Of a DNA stretch of 64,000 bases, positions 43,013 through 57,438 are shown piece after piece; within the stretch, counting starts at the first letter, position 1; each line of letters begins with the position of its first letter. Under the pieces are notes generated by a model. That model ran no database searches. It worked only from the letters and a program-made list of their open reading frames with translations, and was not told the origin of the DNA. A program made the position numbers and the translations under genes. Origin of the DNA: Phoronis australis (Eukaryota; Animalia; Phoronida); contig NMRA01000402.1 of NCBI GenBank assembly GCA_002633005.1, forward strand, positions 280,123 to 344,122, in the 5' to 3' direction.

Positions 43013-45751
43013 TTTTAGTGAATGAATACTGATAAAACTCCTAAACTAATAATCCTAGAAATTTTTGTCTTTGCATTTGCACGCTGCTTGCAACTTTTCA
43101 ACTATACTTTTTTCCACAATGTCAAAAAACAAAGTTCGTTGAAATGTGTCTTCTACGATTCATAACGTCATTATAGCTATGTAGCATACTCGGCGAACAC
43201 AACAACCAGCCGTGAAAAGTCAACTTGCTCAGCCTTGTCAATGACGAGCTGTATGGTCTTTCCAATCTCAGAAACCACACTATTTGAACTAAGGAACAAT
43301 TTGAGATTAATTTCGTAACAATTAGAGGTCTTAATCAAGATCAGAAATCGGGTTTATATCGACTTTTCCCAACTACTACTAGGGTTAAGTATTAATAATA
43401 AACGACATTGGCCATGATGATCCACTTGGGAGATTTAGATTTACCGACGTGGGATGGGAATGTGTGACGGTCACGGTGAAGGCCTACCTATCGTAGTTGG
43501 AGAATTTGGATATGACGATGGCAAAGACGGGAGAGAGAAAGGGGAGGTGGAGTTCACGACCTGGTCACCTACTATACATGTACAAACTGGGAGTTTCGAT
43601 TCGGTAAGGTAAAATGTCCACTTCACTTTTTAACAGTGGAAATATTCGTCATAATAAGGGGCGTGTATCCCAATTCCTTGACGAACACAAAAAACAAGAA
43701 AAATAGTGGATTGTCTTCGGGGTCAGGTGCCATTGGTTTGAAAAAAACTAGCGTGGTTAGTTTAATTGCCCTGATAGTGGAGCATTTTAAATTCCTTCGT
43801 GTTGACAATGTGCCAGCACATCTACAGTAGGTGACAGGATCGGTAGTATTATTGCGCGGCAATTTGATACAATCATTCTGTTTTCTTAAACATCACTTGT
43901 AATAGGACAATACATGTACACATTCTATCAGAACTGTGTTAATTTCGAAAGAGTTAGTGCGCATTCATGAAGAAAATTAATCTGCTTTAAATCGTTTTTT
44001 AGTCATTGAAAACTGGTTCACGCTCTCGGCGACTGCGTTGTCGAAGCAGCTGTTTCTCCATTGTCACTCGTCGCTTTACTAACTTTATAATATTTTCAGT
44101 TCTATTCTAGTCGTTTTATAGCACTTGTCATTCCAATCAACCCTTCTTTCTAGTCCTTCTATGGAACTCGTTTTTCTAGTCATTTTACAACACTCGTCGT
44201 CTTAGTCAGTCAAGGTCCTGCGACTAACTGCTATTTAAAAAGACGCAATTTATAGCACCCGTCGTTCTGAAGGTGTGGCGACTAACTACTATTAAAAAAA
44301 CGCGTATCCAATCAACCTAACAACGACATTTTTTGGTGGCAGCGAGTCAGGCGTGTTTTAATGTCCTGAATTTAGGAACGTTGGATAAAATTCATTACAA
44401 ATCACAAAGCGTGGCGTGCTCCCTTTAGCGGTGTTCGTTAACTTGTCCATCAAGACAGCCATCACCGCCCGTGTCCGTGTAACCCACCTAAGAACATCGC
44501 GCATTCATCCGTTACGTGACTGTGCGTGTCCATTGTCGCGCCCACATCAAAAAGGACCTCTTTTTCACTGACGCTCATGCGCGGACTGCTAATCAACCTT
44601 CCTTTGACCATTAGAACTGAAATGTTCCGGCCATTCGTAGCCTGTCAAATGTTTGAAATCCATGTACTGATAAAAAAGTCGTAGCAGCTTGCATTTGCCA
44701 CCAATCTGGACTCGTGGTCCAATCATTGTACTCGAAACTGAACTTGAAATCGTATTTGTTATTACCCGTTCTTTTTGTGCAAACTCAAGAAAAGTGTATA
44801 TTGTTGCGTGTTCGGGTGCATTATAGATCACCTACATGTACTTGACTGCCTAGTTTCCACTTGACCCTAACATTAAAGCTAGCTATAAATTCGAGCCTAA
44901 GCTTGAAATCTAGGGCTTTTAGTCGATTTTGCAATTTGGGGGCCATCAACTGCGATGAGAGCTCGTAAAAGCTTGATTAATGTTTGTAATTTTCCCGGTA
45001 AGCATTCCATTATTTGAGGCTGGGTGCACCAAATTAATACACCCGACGCGTCATAAGTAACCACACTATAAAAGCGATCACATAAAAACGAAACAGAACT
45101 CTCATTCAATGCTATTTGATTCAGTAAACTTGCTCTGGGACAATTCTGTTTGCAAAAACTTGAACCTAACGTAAACCCTCGTGTATAGATACATTGTAGT
45201 TTAAAAGAGACTGTAATTCATATTCGTACGAGACAAAATTCAAGGCAACTATGACTGAGACTGACACATTATAGGCAAGTTTACCCCCAGATCATCCAGT
45301 CCCCAAGCCACGAAGTTCATCTTATGTAGCAAAAGTTACCTGAAACGTATGAAGGTTACCAAGGTACTCATTTTTTGTGCTCTATACATGCACAACTATT
45401 TTCATACATGAGGGACTTTTGCAGTTTCCAATGAGCTTATACTGTGTTACCGAGGCTAGGACGGGACCAGAGAATTCAATGGGCACTAGCCTTGTCGGTC
45501 GTGATATACATGTATTGTGCCCACAAAATCAACCGCGGTGACCGCCAAAACATGATCTTGCCGTTGTTTAGGTCTTTCAGCTGGCAACTCCAACCATTGC
45601 ATTAGTAGCTAAAAATGCAACTGACAGGTGACAGATTTTTTTTTTAAAGTAGTACGTCATATTTTGACGGAGTAAAATGTCCTCGCACAGGCTTTCGTGA
45701 AAACAGGAGAACGACAGAGACATTATGCTGACGAATTTTGTTTCCTTTCAG

Positions 45752-48700
45752 TCAAACCTCCCGACACACTACGCCTGCCGCCGCAGTTGCGCATTGGATT
45801 GTCATCCATTCCTCTCCAACCAGTTGGCGTTTTCACTCGAACTTGGCTGACAGAGGGAACAATTATGGGTCCATTCTGTGGCAGCATCGTGTCGTGTCGA
45901 GAAGTGAAAGCGACCAGAAAACATCGACCTCATGCGTGGGAGGTGAGCTCATTCTTGATCGCTTTTGCCCTGCAGACTATATTCCCATGAGAGTGATCTT
46001 CGGTCGTAAAGTACATTCGTGGACTTGTTACAACTAAGACAAGATTAAGTCAAAATAAAATGTATAGCGCTAATTATATGTGAATTTTATCTTTTACTTT
46101 CCATGTGAACACTGACTTTCTGGATTTGATAAAATCCGAGCCTAAGCAAAGCTCTTACAGACAGCCATATATGTAAACTTCAGCATACATGTAGTACTAC
46201 AGTGTAAATGTGGACTATTCAAATTTAAACATTTCTAAGTCGGCGACACGCAATTCCATACACGCAACTGAATGAACTACAAAACGTTAATGGTACATGC
46301 ACGTGCTGTACGATCATCGAAAAACGTCCAATTTTGACCAAATTGTCATCGTCGTATCTCAGAAATGGTTGAGTCACATGAATCTTTGCTATATTGTGCT
46401 TTACCCACTGTTCTCCAAAATTCGGTAAGCAACTGTTTTGAAAATTTACCACTTTTGCTTGAAGGGCTTACGAAAATAGGACTTGTAAGTTGCAAAAAAC
46501 GAAAACGAAACGGTAACTTAGAAAGTATAACTTGAACATCTAGATGTTTATGATACGATATTTGGTCATGTTATATATGCAGTTGTTTTGCTGTGGACAA
46601 ATCTTTTTTTGATTTCCTTAAATAGCAAGGTCAAGTGACGTAATGTTAGGGAGATTTAAATCCTATGATCTTGTAAGTATTTGGATGAATACACAGGCTT
46701 CTCAATATGGTACAACTTGAAAAGCAACTCTTTCGTTAAACAAGATTTGCACGCAAGTGGACGGGAAACCGTGCAATGTTTACCCCAGAGTATCCCGCGA
46801 AGTCCTCGGCACATCGAAGTTCCTATTCATGGGTTTGGCCGACTGTTTATCGGTTAAGATAGACGTGTAATTGCGGTCGTAAAGCAACATGCCTGTTTAG
46901 CGCACGAGTCAAAGTAAAAAGAAGGAAAAGTAAACTGAAATGAAAACCAACAAAAAGGATGCCAAACGACCAGCATTGCTGTTTTTGAAATTGGAAAGCA
47001 AATAGTAGCCATCTTTGAATTTTTAAAATCGATGCATTATAAGAGTGATTAGCGAATGGGTTTTCTTCAGCAGTGCGGCTAAGCCACGGGCACTAGTATG
47101 TGAATAGATTATGGCGGAAGTTCTCCTGTTAGTCTTATTCAAGCTCACTTAAATGTTGGAATAACAAAGCCCCAAATGTTTGCTTAGGAAATGCCTCGTG
47201 TTCTACCTCATTTTACTTGTCACGGGATATAACTGCGCACGTCTAAATACCAAAGCTCGAAAAATTCGAATTTTTGGTGAACATGTGAAAAAATCTGTAG
47301 CTAGTAAAATGCGGTAGAACACGAGGCAACTCCTACGCAAACATTTGGGCTTCATTACATGACTGTGAAAAGAGGAGGCAGTGTGGCCCAGTGTGACAGG
47401 CGCCCGACTTTTTACTCGAGGTCGTGGGTTCCAGTCCAACTGGGGAGCGCTGCTAGACCCTATAGTCAGCTTTCTAAAGCGGAAAATAGTTCCAGGTGAT
47501 CAGTGCAATGGGCTCACATGCGCATGTCCTGTACAAGGTGTACTAGATCGCCCGCAATCATTTTTATCACATGTGAAAATTAATCAATCACTCTTAGGAG
47601 AACTCTTCTTCAAGAAGCTATTTGCCTTTGTACAGCCTTTTGATAAAGCAACACTCGGGGTCAAAGTCTGTGTTTTTTTTCAACATTTTTTGACGGATTT
47701 ATAAAGTTGGAACAATAATGTAATAGTGGTCATGGAACGAAATTATCAACTCCATCACAAGGGGCGCTTCGATCGTCTTCGATATAGCCAGAGGAAATCC
47801 ATACAGCCCGTCACTACTAGTACGTTTAACGATTGATACTCGAATATAACCTTTAAAACTGTTGTTTCTACAGGTATTGAGCAGAAATGGTACAGTTAGC
47901 CATTTTGTGGACGGGTCGTCTGCATTGTACAGCTGGATAACGTGGGTTCAGTGCGCAAGATCAAACAAGGAACAAAACCTTGATCTTGTACAAGTCGATG
48001 ATCAGCTGTACTACAGAGTCAAAAAGGTATCAAAACACCCAGAGAGTGTAAGAAAGATAAGCTGTCGTCATTGTTTCGCTGATTTTGATATCGATTTTGT
48101 TGATGTCGTCTTTAGGAAGTTTTTCTACTATTAAGGAAGTTGTTGTTCCTTATTCTGCGCTAAAGTTTATCATGGTTTACTCTACGTGGGTGAATGTCTA
48201 ATCCCGTTTTTCACTTGATGTCCTCAGCATTAAAGATACAAGTTCGAGGGGGAAATCGAAATCTCGAAATTCCAGTTGTCGCCAGTTTGTATCCCGTCGC
48301 CGTCGCGTACCTGGACGTAGCTGCCTGTGTCGCAAATGGCACAGGGTTGGCCGAAATACACCAACCTACGTCATAATTCAGCCAAACATCGATTTGTTAA
48401 AGTGACACTTCAAGATGGTTAAAAGTAAATATTACAATTTGCTGCTTGTGTTGAAAAGATATATATCTTACCCAAAACTCCTCCTCTATCAAATTTCAAT
48501 GACATTGGTGGATAATTTTCATACAAATTATACTTACTATTAACTTAATCTATTTTTTCATGTTCTAAAAATCCATTTTGAACTTGACTAGTTATGTTCA
48601 TTTCGAAGTCGGCCGCCGGTCCTACACACTACTGAAGAAATTGAAAAATTCCGTGCCAAAGCAAACCCGTTATATTCATACGCGGAAGACGTGAATTCGC

Positions 48701-51700
48701 AAACTTACCTTGTGTACTGCCTATTAGAGAAATTTACGTTGTGTATCTATGGAAAGTAAAATAAAGCAGTGTCGAGTTGTTAACTCCTTTGGCTATCAGG
48801 AGCGAAGGTTAGTGCTGGTTGTTGCAAAATTGCAAGTGCTATCAAACCCGTCATTCAACGTTAAAACATGTTAGGCGCTTCCTATAGATACTTGGAGGAC
48901 TCCCAGCAAGAAACTTCCAGAACTTTAAATAGGTGACAACTGTTGCTATCTTCAAGAGTCCTACCGAGGCCCGTAGCCAGCATTGCGCACGGGGTGGTTC
49001 AAATTTCTTGAACGGTGGACTTTTGATATTTTTCAAACGTCGACACTGTGGAGTTTTCATTAAGGCCCTCAGTTGACGCAGCTTAATCTGGGGAAAAGGA
49101 AATCTGTATACACAACGATGACTCTCAGCTCTATGTTTCTGAGATGAGACAAAATTAGTAATACCAGAGATGAGGATGCCGTGACGGTTGCGCGCAAAGA
49201 ACGGGACTCATTTCGGATGTAATGTGGCCCAAAAAGTTTTTGCGTTACTTCCTGCCAAATTTTCAAATCAGGCATGCTTAAATGAGTGATTACACGTACT
49301 CGGACAGAAATATTTAGTCGGAGAATAACTTGACGAAATTGTTTATCTAGTTATATTTTTGTGTGTTACTGAAGTTGCTTACATCGTTGGAAATGGAAAC
49401 ACCCCAATACTCACCGCTCGTTCGCCATTCCGAAGGTTCACTACTACGAAATGATCTAACTTTTTCAACTCATGCGTATTTTTTTACACATTTATATACA
49501 TAAATAAATGATACATACACTGAGTGATGTACCTATACCGAAAACAACGCCTGGGTACTAAAATACCTTTAATGTTTGGCTTTCATGCGCAAGCGAAATT
49601 GCCCGGAAGTCTTACGAACTCTGAAAATGAGAACGCTATTGCATTTTATGGATTGAGAATATTGATAAATTATCAACCACGATACATTCATTAAGTCCAT
49701 GTCAAGGTCGCATCGTTTCACAGCGCGATTGAAAAGTTTAAGGCCGCTGCGCCTGAACCTCACCCACCGGGACCACGCACACGACGGGTCGAAATTAAAT
49801 GTAGTAAGCAGGCTCTCCTGTCCCTGCCAGTCTTCACGAAGTCAGTGAGCCCCATTCAGCCTTCTCAAATTTCAAACCGTTGTTCGCCGCAGGCCTGACC
49901 CGTTCCCCACATGTTGTCCATGCTCGAGAATGACTCGTTATTTAGAATCAAGAATCATGACTGGCATTGAGTGGAACTGAGCTCATTTGTAAACAATCAT
50001 GACACGTACAGTCGGGGCAATAAGAACTAGTCAACTTTCGCACCCCGTTTAAATGGATATTAAATGGACACAACTACAATAATTTATCTATGTTTGCAAC
50101 AACTCATTAGCAGACAATCAGAGTAATGAACTGTGTAGCTCAGCGGTTTGAGGTAGGGACTCCTGTTAGAACCTGGATATAATGCGAAAGCGACTCCTGG
50201 GGCTGTGCTTATATTTAAGAAAAAAAATAACTGTCGGATTTCTGGTTTTGGAATTGCGGACATTTGAAATAGTGAACTTTCGAAGGTGGCACACCTTCTG
50301 GGTAGTGGAACTTCGGAGTAGCGAACCGTCGGCATTTTGGCATCTAACCTTGGAAATCTTTTCCATCACGTACATGTACATGTACATGTAAGTTGCTCGT
50401 ATGAAGACTGTGAACCATTTACATTATTGACAAGAGAAGCCTATTTTCACTGACCAAAGTTTAAATAGGTCTAGACCTACTTTTCCCAAAAAATGTGAAC
50501 GTTCTCGTCGGTGTTTTCTCAGAGCAAGCAAACAACGGTTATGGTTAAGTTCTCTTTTTGAGCAACTATGGAGGGCTACCAAATGTCGGCTTCTATTGAA
50601 TTTAAAAGGCCTGAAACGCACACACTTGTACACGCACGCATGTCAATCCACCAATCCACAATCGAATTGGACAGTTGATAAAAAACATACCTATATTTGA
50701 CGAACACTTTCAATTCCAAATTTCAAAGCGCCTGTCCTTTAACGCACTATGATAGCAGGCAATATTTGATTACAAACCTATTTTCTGCCGTTCTGTGTCT
50801 TGGTTGACTTTAAGGCATTCACACCGCACTGTGACTTTTGGGAGCTCCCTTTTTATCGCTGCTATACACATGTAGCTTAGCTAGGTATAGACATTTACTT
50901 TATGACTTCTTGTTTCCCTACGGTGTAACCACCGCGTATGTGCAATGCCGATGAGTAACACAAGGACTCCTCTAATTTTGTCTGCAAGATCCTGTCATCT
51001 ACGCGAATACCACTCGGGCGAAGTTGGCCCGGTACGGCCAGATGATTACGTGAAGCGCTTCGAATCCGAACCCAATCAAAATAATTACTAACTTAGTTAT
51101 GATTGTAGCTAGTAGTGTCAGTAGCTGCAATAATTTTGTTGTTGTTCATCTGTGTCCTATACTTAACGGATAGGCTGGGGCTGGACCTTTTCCGCGGAGG
51201 GGTGGGGGTGGGGNGGGGTTCGTTCCAACCCATCGACCCCCCCTGGCTACGGGACTGGGTACTACCTATCGTGGGCTTCTGTTATAATGGAATGATATCA
51301 CATATATTGGAACAGAACAGTAGCTAAATCCACTGTTCCTTGCCAGAGAATGGTCTCTACAGAGCTTTGCATTCTCTAAAACTTGTATTAGAATCCGAAA
51401 AAATAGAAACGTGAGCATACTTAATTTTATACATTTTAGAAATATGGAAACTGACCTATTTTCGTGATAACTCGGGTATTGAAAAGTACATGTAACTGAC
51501 TATCTAAGGTTGACATTCATTCTTCCTTTTTCGCCTCATCTGTCGTTTTTTCTCTTATTTTTTCTTACCAGAGTTCAGTTTACAACTGTCTCCCCCACTT
51601 AAATCGCATTTGCCATGGCTACCAGTTTTCGCCTGTTCACGCCTGCAAATTATTGGGGATGTCGTGCCCCTCACGTTTCCCTTGGTCCTCGGTTTCTGCT

Positions 51701-53181
51701 CTGGAAACTGGTGAAACGGGAGCTAAGTCAATCACAGAACGTCTGAAAACCGCTACAAACTTGAAGGGGCAAAAAACCCGAGCGTCTGTCAAAAACAGCT
51801 TTTCCCCAGTGAGCTTCCTGTCATATTGAGTTAATTTCAGCTGCCAAGACTGTCTGTCAAAAGAGTCCAATGCGATTGATGTCATTGTTACTGTACTTTC
51901 AATTCAAAGAAAATATAACGATGACGTTGCTTTGTAGGAGCAAATGCCCCTCTCGACATAATTTATGCTTTTAATACCTGAACGTGATTAACGGCGATTT
52001 TGAATTAAAAAAAAGACAAATATAAAATTTACATTTGGTGACTTAGTTGTAACCAAAACCGGACCATTCCGGGCTACTCATACATACTTTTACAACACAC
52101 AAGTATACGTTCTTGCACAGAGACGGCAAGTGTGACCTAATAGTTTAGGAAATTGCGCCATCTTGCCTCTAAGGGAAATTATTACACTAGGTTAAAATGT
52201 ATTACTGAAATGCTAAAAAATTGTGCTCTTGTGTTTTGTGACTGTATGACCTGTGAACATCTGGCACAAAGCAAACAATACCAGGTCTCCCGCACTTTCT
52301 TAAGAATCGTTGTATGCGCGAATTAGTAAGGAACTTTCCAGAATAACTGTTCGATAACCCTATCATTCCAGACAGTGTGCCCAGGATCGGAGCTCCTGGT
52401 TTGGTATGGTGTGCAGTACAAACTTTTCTTCGGTATTCCTGCTCTGCACAATGACGGAAATTTGACCCTGGATCACCGCAATAAGCAGGCGCGTAAGTAC
52501 ACATAAAGAGTGAGTGACTTACAGGCCTCGTTTTCCTGTTTTACTGGCAGTTATTGTCTTCAATCCTGGGTGAATCTTCAAAAGTTGGAGTGCGCGCTTT
52601 TGGTGTAAAAGCACACGAAGAACTGAGGGCTCGAATGTCGTTGCTCCTAAAGTACATTAGCATCATCAACATCATCATTACCATCACAATTATTATGATC
52701 TTCATCATCACCGTCGTCATCATCATCAGGATCGTCGTCGTTGTTGTCGTCGTCGTCATCATGATGAGTGTTTGTCAATGTGTCGACCAAATATCCAAAT
52801 CCTTTCGACTAGAAGACGTTTCAATTCTCGCCAAATCTCGACAAATTCTCGACAATTGTTGTCATAACGTCGTAAACTGTCGCATTTACATGTAGCTCTG
52901 AATATAGCTCCACAAAAATAGTATGTTATTGCCAAAAGTTGCCTAAACTGCCAAAAAAAAAACGTCAAGTGGGAAGCTTCTTTAAGTGTGAAGAAGTCTG
53001 AAAATGTTCTGTCGCACACCGTCTAGCTTACAGTGTGTTTTTTCAAAACTCTTTTACTTCACATTGCTTGTAGCGATCAGAAGTGATCCAAGATTACGTT
53101 TTGATGTCGGATGCCCAATGATTGACTTTGAATTTCCTACGATGCTTAAAATGGTGAAGAACGCGAAAACTAAACATATTG

Positions 53182-53262
<81 letters not shown>

Positions 53263-56200
53263 AAGTGGTTCTTGGCCACTGAAACAAAAGCCGAAACTGT
53301 TCACTAGGTATTTTACAGTTTATTCGTAAATATTTTGAATTTCTGTAGATGCCAAGGTATTTTTCTTTTAGTTCAACACATGGCATTTGCTTATCACTTC
53401 CGTAGGTTTTTCTCCCACTGACCATATCACATCTCCTCATTTGGTATGACAAGACATGTAGTACAATTACCCAATATGGAAAATGTAACCCTTAACCTTT
53501 GGAGTAAATGTGCGCATGTGCACATATATATTATTAAGGGCGGAAAATTTGGAAACTATATTGGGACGAAAGAGTCCGTACACTCGCAAGTTCTCTGCGT
53601 GCCGCTAGGTGGTAGACAGCACGCAGGCACCTTTTAATGTTCCTAGGGAAATTATTTTACACCAGCTGGTCGAATTCTCAACAGGCAGCGTTTTACGCAA
53701 AAAACTGGCATGATTGATGGAGGAAGTGTAAAATAATGTGGTCTGTTGTACAGACAAATCGGTCAAAATGGTCAAGAAATGTTAATCCCAGAAAATTGTG
53801 GTTGCGCGGCCTTTTCGGAGTACATCTTTCTACTGTAGCTGACTTTTGTTTGCGTTTCTCTCCTATATTCATACGGTATGAATAGCACACTAGTTAAATC
53901 GGCCAGATGACGGTATGTTTACTTACATGTATGTGCTTCAACGTACAGTATATAGGCATTGTATCAACTACAATCACCAAGCCAACTCTGTTAGTATTAT
54001 CTGCAGAGAACCCAATAAGGAGTTACTGTACATTAAAGAGTCATTGGCCATTCAGAACCAGCATGCCACTGATTCTCTGAATGACATGCAGAGCTCTGTA
54101 ACCTGTGCTATGGTGATGACCAGCTACTGACCATATTCTATGTATCTCTCACTTCACTCTATGGATGTTACCTGAGCTGTATGTTGGCACTTGTTGTCAT
54201 AAATTGTTGTAAATGTGATCCTGATGATGTCTAATGAAAAGACGAAACGTTGAATTGAACATGAACTTTTTTATTTGTGCCGCGATTGTCCTCTCCTTGT
54301 ATAAAAGTACATAAACCAGTGTCCTTATTCCGGTAGTGCTTTGCACTTAGGGCTAAGTAAGATGATGTTTCATAAATATTGTGCAGCAAAGATTCTGTTC
54401 GAGATGAGAGCGGCAGGCACCCTGCTCCCGTCTCACTCTACGTACGTTAAGGGCCAGAGTCTTGAAGGCCATGACGAGGGTGCTGAGGCACCAAGCGCCA
54501 GCTCGTTGGCCATCTTTATATCTAACTGCCCAATAAGAGCAACCGTTTCATTTAACCCAAATCCCCTAATCAAATATAAACATTTTTCATAAAATATAAA
54601 TATTTGTTATAAAATATAAATCAGTATCTTTGAAACAAAATACAAAAATTTCGGCAAAATTTTATTCGAAGCATGAACGAAGCTCTTGAGGTTTACGTAG
54701 GCGAACCAAAGGTGGCCAACATCAAAATAAGATAATGCATGACCGAAGGCATTTGTTCAGCAAAACAAAAACACGACTGAATAATCTCCTTTCCGTCGAT
54801 AGTACAAAAAAATGGAAAAGGGTCGGCCTGCCTATTGGTCACGACTCGATCTTTGAACCTGTTGGCGACCGTCACAGAATTAAATAAAATCAGTGTAACC
54901 GGTGGTCCCACGGTAATACACAAATCACCTTACAGCGTGTCGTATACCTTTTGGTTTAGCACAACAGTATGTCGATTTCTTTATAAGTTTCATTGCTACG
55001 ATTTTGCATACTTGGTTAAAATATACACTTGTATGTGTTCACAGCATCTCACGTCACTTCCGCACGACACTCCGGAAAGTGCAAAGAACTAAAGAAACAC
55101 GGACGATATTCGTGCGTTTTGTGCCGACAAGGGTTCAACTCGCGCAGCAATCTCCGTTCGCACATGCGCACACACACCCTGGAGAAGCCGTTTGTATGCA
55201 GGTTCTGTGGACGGCGATTTAGCCAATCTTCAACTTTGAGAAATCATACCAGACTCCATACTGGTAAGTTTTGTAACGTGTACATGTATATACCTAGTAA
55301 ATCGCCTTCTGGAATGAGTCATGGAATGACGTGGCAGGAACTAAGTGGTCACTTGTGACACTACACCAAGCGAGAGTAATATGGGATTTAAACCCAATCA
55401 GATTCAATTTCTTTATATTTTACCGATTTAGAGCGACGATTAAATTTCATTGGTCGAATTATTAAAACATGAACATATAACTGCCATGTAGAGCCTACAT
55501 GTGCGGTTTTACTGTCAACGTCCATTGTAGTTCCTTGTAACCCAGCAATTGCCCGTATTGGTAACCTACATATTGTTGTTTATTGACATCAAATCTTTTA
55601 TTAATAAAAACAGTCCAAAATGCATAGATCTTTAGCCAGCTGTTATGAGGGAGTACATGTATGTTAATTGGGGAGCCGAGATGACTTCTAGTGACGTTTT
55701 GACGATTTATTGGCATAATGCCGTTTTGACCGTGTGGTGCCTGTTCTGTGGGATAGCCGAGGAGCAAGATTGTTGTTTACCATACAACATTAAAACCTCG
55801 AAAGTCGGATCCTTTTTTATCCGAGGAATCGGATTGGCGACGATTTTGTTTGTATTTGACACCTACTGCCATCACCATGTGGAACAAGAGTTCAACGTTT
55901 ACGACCAATTTATGTACAAAGTGCAAACTGAATTCACTCACCACAAAAAGAGACTTATGCATTGCAGTCTACGCCATAAGTACTTGACGACAGGTTTTAA
56001 AGCTTCAATTCGAAAAGTTTAGATGACTAAAACAGCTTACATAGTAACGCATATACTCTCATTACTTCATCGTCACAGTGGCGGATCGAGGATACCATAA
56101 GGGGTGGGCCGACATGTTGCCTCGAGAAATTGGACGAAACGCGACTGTATACGCGCAGGCGGCCCGAAAGTTGTGGGACCTGGATTGTGATCGTTTTGTT

Positions 56201-57438
56201 CCGTAAAAGCCGTCGGTGGACTAAAAAACAAAAAAATAAATAAAAAAATCAATTCGAAAAAAAAAACCGGGAACGCGATTCCGCCCCCCTCCCCCTTCTC
56301 CGACTGCTGGTCCTAGTTACTTTGAACCCATCATTTAGTCGCGCTTCACACTGTTGCTGTTTCATAATGGTTGCAGCTGCCTGTGCGTCATAATATAGTC
56401 CTGAACGTGAACCAGGATTCTATTTGTGTTACTCAACAAAGTCATGACATGAACACTACATGTACACTACATTTACATTACATGTNTGTTGCCTCGAGAA
56501 ATTGGACGAAACGCGACTGTATACGCGCAGGCGGCCCGAAAGTTGTGGGACCTGGATTGTGATCGTTTTGTTCTGTAAAAGCCGTCGGTGGACTGAAAAA
56601 AAAAAAATAAATAAAAAAATCAATTCGAAAAAAAACCGGGAACGCGATTCCGCCCCCCTCCCCCTTCTCCGACTGCTGGTCCTAGTTACTTTGAACCCAT
56701 CATTTAGTCGCGCTTCACACTGTTGCTGTTTCATAATGGTTGCGGCTGCCTGTGCGTCATAATATAGTCCTGAACGTGAACCAGGATTCTATTTGTGTTA
56801 CTCAACAAAGTCATGAGATGAACACTACATGTACACTACATTTACATTACATGTACACTACATGTACATGTACATGCACATCAGCAACTGAGGATAACGG
56901 TTCGGATCTCTATGACGTTGGATAATCTAAAATTGCAAATTAGAAAAATAGTGTACATATTGCCCCTAGCAGGAATTGTCTTTAAGTTTGGATTGTTGTG
57001 TTTTTAGCGATGACGAACCAAACACAGTGCCAATATTAATGTCCCTTCAATGATATACGTAATCAGGTTTGACCCGGGTACCCACTGTGGTGAGTACATC
57101 GTTGTCACCGAAAGTTTATCTTCATACGGTAATTCTTGAATTTTTAAGACCCCAATGTTTTCTTAATTGCAGGAGAAAGACCATATAAGTGCTTTACCTG
57201 CAACTCCGCCTACTCGCAGCTTGCTGGACTCCGAGCCCACCTGAAGAGCGCTGCTCACAGGCCGCGCTTAGTCGCCACCAAAGGCAGCAGCAACGCTAAC
57301 TCGAACCTCAGCAACAGCAGCAGCAGCAATATCAGCACATTGAAAACACCGCAATTGCAAGATGCAGAAAAGACAAGAAACTCTCTCATTGCTACAAAAC
57401 ATGGACAGGAGTCTCACATGACTGTCGGCCAGTTCTGA
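45752..57438 (+). CDS. PRDM12: PR-domain zinc-finger protein 12 (PR/SET domain plus three C2H2 fingers), 5' exon uncertain
   Basis: Phase-consistent exons 45752-45942 ([15 protein letters not shown]...GVFTRTW...MGPFCG...AWE), 47874-48026 ([11 protein letters not shown]...[17 protein letters not shown]), 52372-52492 ([10 protein letters not shown]...FFGIP), 55045-55263 ([51 protein letters not shown]) and 57173-57438 ([30 protein letters not shown]...stop). The finger signatures [23 protein letters not shown] and [12 protein letters not shown] are characteristic of PRDM12. Confidence 0.95.
47378..47555 (+). mobile_element. tRNA-derived SINE, copy 2
   Basis: Head GTGTGGCCCAGTGTG...GTGGGTTCCAGTCC and body GTTCCAGGTGATCAGTGCAATGGGCTCACATGC match 16080-16296. 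Confidence 0.7.
52661..52763. repeat. Imperfect (ATC/GTC)n trinucleotide repeat
   Basis: Degenerate CAT/CGT triplet run in a PRDM12 intron. Confidence 0.8.
53183..53260. repeat. (TTA)n microsatellite
   Basis: Long pure trinucleotide run. Confidence 0.95.
53950..54292 (+). mobile_element. Penelope-like retroelement 3' end (GIY-YIG C-terminal remnant plus pLTR)
   Basis: The translation HCINYNH...[22 protein letters not shown]...LN resembles the C-terminus of Penelope GIY-YIG endonucleases; it is followed by a hammerhead motif, and a related fragment lies at 12195-12350. Confidence 0.7.
54215..54256 (+). ncRNA. Minimal type-I hammerhead ribozyme motif (Penelope-associated)
   Basis: CTGATGA (54221-54227), one extra T, stem II GTCT/AGAC, GAAA (54244-54247), palindromic AACGTT stem III; stem I is weak. 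Confidence 0.55.
56115..56854. other. ~370-bp direct duplication around the n at 56486 (probable assembly overlap)
   Basis: 56115-56485 is repeated at 56487-56854 with few differences; it overlaps a MITE-like element starting CAGTGGCGGATC near 56076. Confidence 0.85.

Noticed and set aside
48968-51257. A single 2.3-kb transposon bounded by AGGCCCGTAGCCAG and CTGGCTACGGGACTG
   Set aside because: No target-site duplication or transposase is visible and an n join lies near the right end; more likely separate fragments of a common MITE family.
52541-53452. ORFs with poly-Leu, poly-Asn, poly-Ile or poly-Met tracts
   Set aside because: They are translations of trinucleotide microsatellites inside a PRDM12 intron.
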